Shown here in pieces: positions 62,418-64,000 of a stretch of 64,000 nucleotides of DNA (the first letter of the stretch is position 1; each line of letters starts with the position of its first letter). The notes beneath the pieces are model-generated. The model was not told the DNA's origin. It searched no databases and saw only the letters and a list, made by a program, of their open reading frames with translations. The position numbers and the translations under genes are program-made. The DNA is from Acidimicrobiales bacterium. Its GTDB lineage: Bacteria > Actinomycetota > Acidimicrobiia > Acidimicrobiales > JAUJNH01. The stretch covers positions 56 to 64,055 of the forward strand of contig JBBSHM010000005.1 of assembly GCA_038253125.1 (NCBI GenBank), written 5' to 3'.

Positions 62418-64000
62418 ATGCTCGACGCCGCCTACCTGATCCCGGCGTTCCCCGTCCTCGGCTTCGTCGTGCTGATGTGCGTCGGCTCCAAGCTCAAGGA
62501 GCCCCAGGCCGGTGTGGTGGCCACCTTCGCCAGCGGCGCCAGCTTCCTGGCCGCCCTCGTCACCTTCTTCGGCCTCCTCGGCGAGGACGCCAGCCACCGC
62601 TCGGTGACCAAGGTGCTGTTCGAGTGGATCCCGTCGCTCGACGTGAAGGTGGCCTTCCTCATCGACCCGCTGTCGATGACCATGGTGCTGTTCGTAACCG
62701 GGGTCGGCACCCTCATCCACCTGTTCGCCATCGGCTACATGCACGGCGACCAGCGGTTCTCCCGGTTCTTCGTCTACCTCAACCTGTTCCTGGCCTCGAT
62801 GCTGCTGCTCGTCCTCGGCGACAGCTTCCTGCTCATGTTCCTGGGCTGGGAGGGGGTGGGCGCCTGCTCCTACCTGCTCATCTCGTTCTGGTTCGAGCGG
62901 CCGGCGGCGTCGACTGCGGCGAAGAAGGCCTTCATCGCCAACCGGGTGGGCGACGTCGGGCTCATGATCGCCATGTTCGTGATCTTCGCCAAGGTCGGCT
63001 CGCTCACCTTCGCCACCGTCTTCGCCCGGGTCGACGCCGGCGCGTTCTCCAAGAGCCTGGCCACCGCCATCCTGCTGCTGCTCTTCCTCGGGGCCTGCGG
63101 CAAGAGCGCCCAGCTGCCTCTGTACGTCTGGCTGCCCGACGCCATGGAGGGGCCGACACCGGTGTCAGCCCTCATCCACGCCGCCACCATGGTGACAGCC
63201 GGGGTCTACCTGCTGTGCCGGGTCAACCCGTTCGTCGGCGTGGACGCCAGCGCCATGAAGGTGGTGGCCATCGTCGGCGCGGCCACCGCCCTGTACGCCG
63301 CTCTCATCGCCACCAGCCAGGACGACATCAAGAAGGTCCTGGCCTACTCCACCATCAGCCAACTCGGCTACATGTTCCTGGCCGTCGGCAGCCGGGCCTA
63401 CGTGGCCGCCATCTTCCACATGATCACCCACGCCTTTTTCAAGGCGCTCATGTTCCTCGGGTCGGGATCGGTCATCCACGGGATGCACGAGGAGCAGGAC
63501 ATGAAGCGGATGGGGGCCCTGCGCAAGTACATGCCCATCACCGCGTCCACGTTCCTGGTCGGCTGGCTGGCCATCGCCGGCATACCGCCCTTCGCCGGGT
63601 TCTGGAGCAAGGACGAGATCCTGCTCAGCGCCCTCAAGAGCTTCCGGGGTCCGCTCGGCGTCACCCTCTACGCCGTCGGCCTTGTCACCGCCCTGCTCAC
63701 CGCCTACTACATGACCCGCCAGATTTACCTGGTCTTCTACGGCGACGCCCGCTACGGCAAGGTCGATGAGCACGGGGGCCACGCCCAAGCCGAAGGCCAC
63801 ACCGAGGAGGAAGGCCAGCTCACCACGCCCGAGCCGGTGGCCGCCGGCGACCAGGCCGGCCACGGCGACCACGGTGACCGCCACTCCCCTGCGCTCCCGC
63901 ACGAGTCGCCGCCCACCATGACCATCCCGCTGCTGGTGCTGGCCGCCCTGGCCGTCGGCGGCTGGGTCATCAACTCGCCGCTGCTGCTCGACTACCCCCT
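62418..64000 (+). CDS. nuoL: NADH-quinone oxidoreductase subunit L (partial, runs past window end)
   Basis: Begins MLDAAYLIPAFPVLGFVVL. Contains WEGVGACSYLLISFW, LPDAMEGPTPVSALIHAATMVTAGVYL and AYSTISQLGYMF. Not in the ORF track because there is no stop before the window end. Confidence 0.9.
   Translation, partial: MLDAAYLIPAFPVLGFVVLMCVGSKLKEPQAGVVATFASGASFLAALVTFFGLLGEDASHRSVTKVLFEWIPSLDVKVAFLIDPLSMTMVLFVTGVGTLIHLFAIGYMHGDQRFSRFFVYLNLFLASMLLLVLGDSFLLMFLGWEGVGACSYLLISFWFERPAASTAAKKAFIANRVGDVGLMIAMFVIFAKVGSLTFATVFARVDAGAFSKSLATAILLLLFLGACGKSAQLPLYVWLPDAMEGPTPVSALIHAATMVTAGVYLLCRVNPFVGVDASAMKVVAIVGAATALYAALIATSQDDIKKVLAYSTISQLGYMFLAVGSRAYVAAIFHMITHAFFKALMFLGSGSVIHGMHEEQDMKRMGALRKYMPITASTFLVGWLAIAGIPPFAGFWSKDEILLSALKSFRGPLGVTLYAVGLVTALLTAYYMTRQIYLVFYGDARYGKVDEHGGHAQAEGHTEEEGQLTTPEPVAAGDQAGHGDHGDRHSPALPHESPPTMTIPLLVLAALAVGGWVINSPLLLDYP

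Overview
This is a very GC-rich window (roughly 70% by eye) that reads as chromosomal core DNA from an actinobacterium, possibly of the Acidimicrobiia or Thermoleophilia type. The lineage is my guess. I found no rRNA genes and no CRISPR array.

Gene content, left to right:
- APS kinase flanked by methyltransferases and a heme-oxygenase-like enzyme, then asd.
- A PAS-GGDEF-EAL protein.
- A histidine kinase, LuxR-type response regulator and ABC-2 transporter module.
- A decayed ~2.9-kb integrative element at tRNA-Pro(CGG).
- A receiver protein, a STAS protein, two ArsA/Get3-like ATPases, NfeD and WhiB.
- An MFS transporter with its TetR regulator.
- selB and selA, separated by gene debris.
- A class A PBP, a catalytically degenerate S1C protease homolog, fxsA, proC and a secreted CAP-domain repeat protein.
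- A rex-led heme operon (sirC-like, hemA, hemC, cobA/hemD, hemB, hemL) interrupted by toxin-antitoxin (TA) modules.
- Two acyl-CoA dehydrogenases.
- A tightly packed respiratory block: a non-canonical Rieske/split cytochrome b operon with a ferredoxin, a diheme cytochrome c and two unknown membrane proteins. It runs straight into nuoA-K.
- A 2.27-kb TA island, then nuoL, which runs off the window end.

Most interesting observations:
- An intact NTase-like plus XRE pair survives inside the dead tRNA-Pro element.
- The nuo operon is split between nuoK and nuoL by TA modules.
- The Rieske/cytochrome b gene set is unusual.
- The selAB pair is disrupted.
- An in-frame TGA truncates the repeat protein.

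Limits: all calls rest on reading translations and motifs by eye. No searches were run. Coordinates of non-ORF features were anchored to ORF-track frames but may be off by 1-2 nt.
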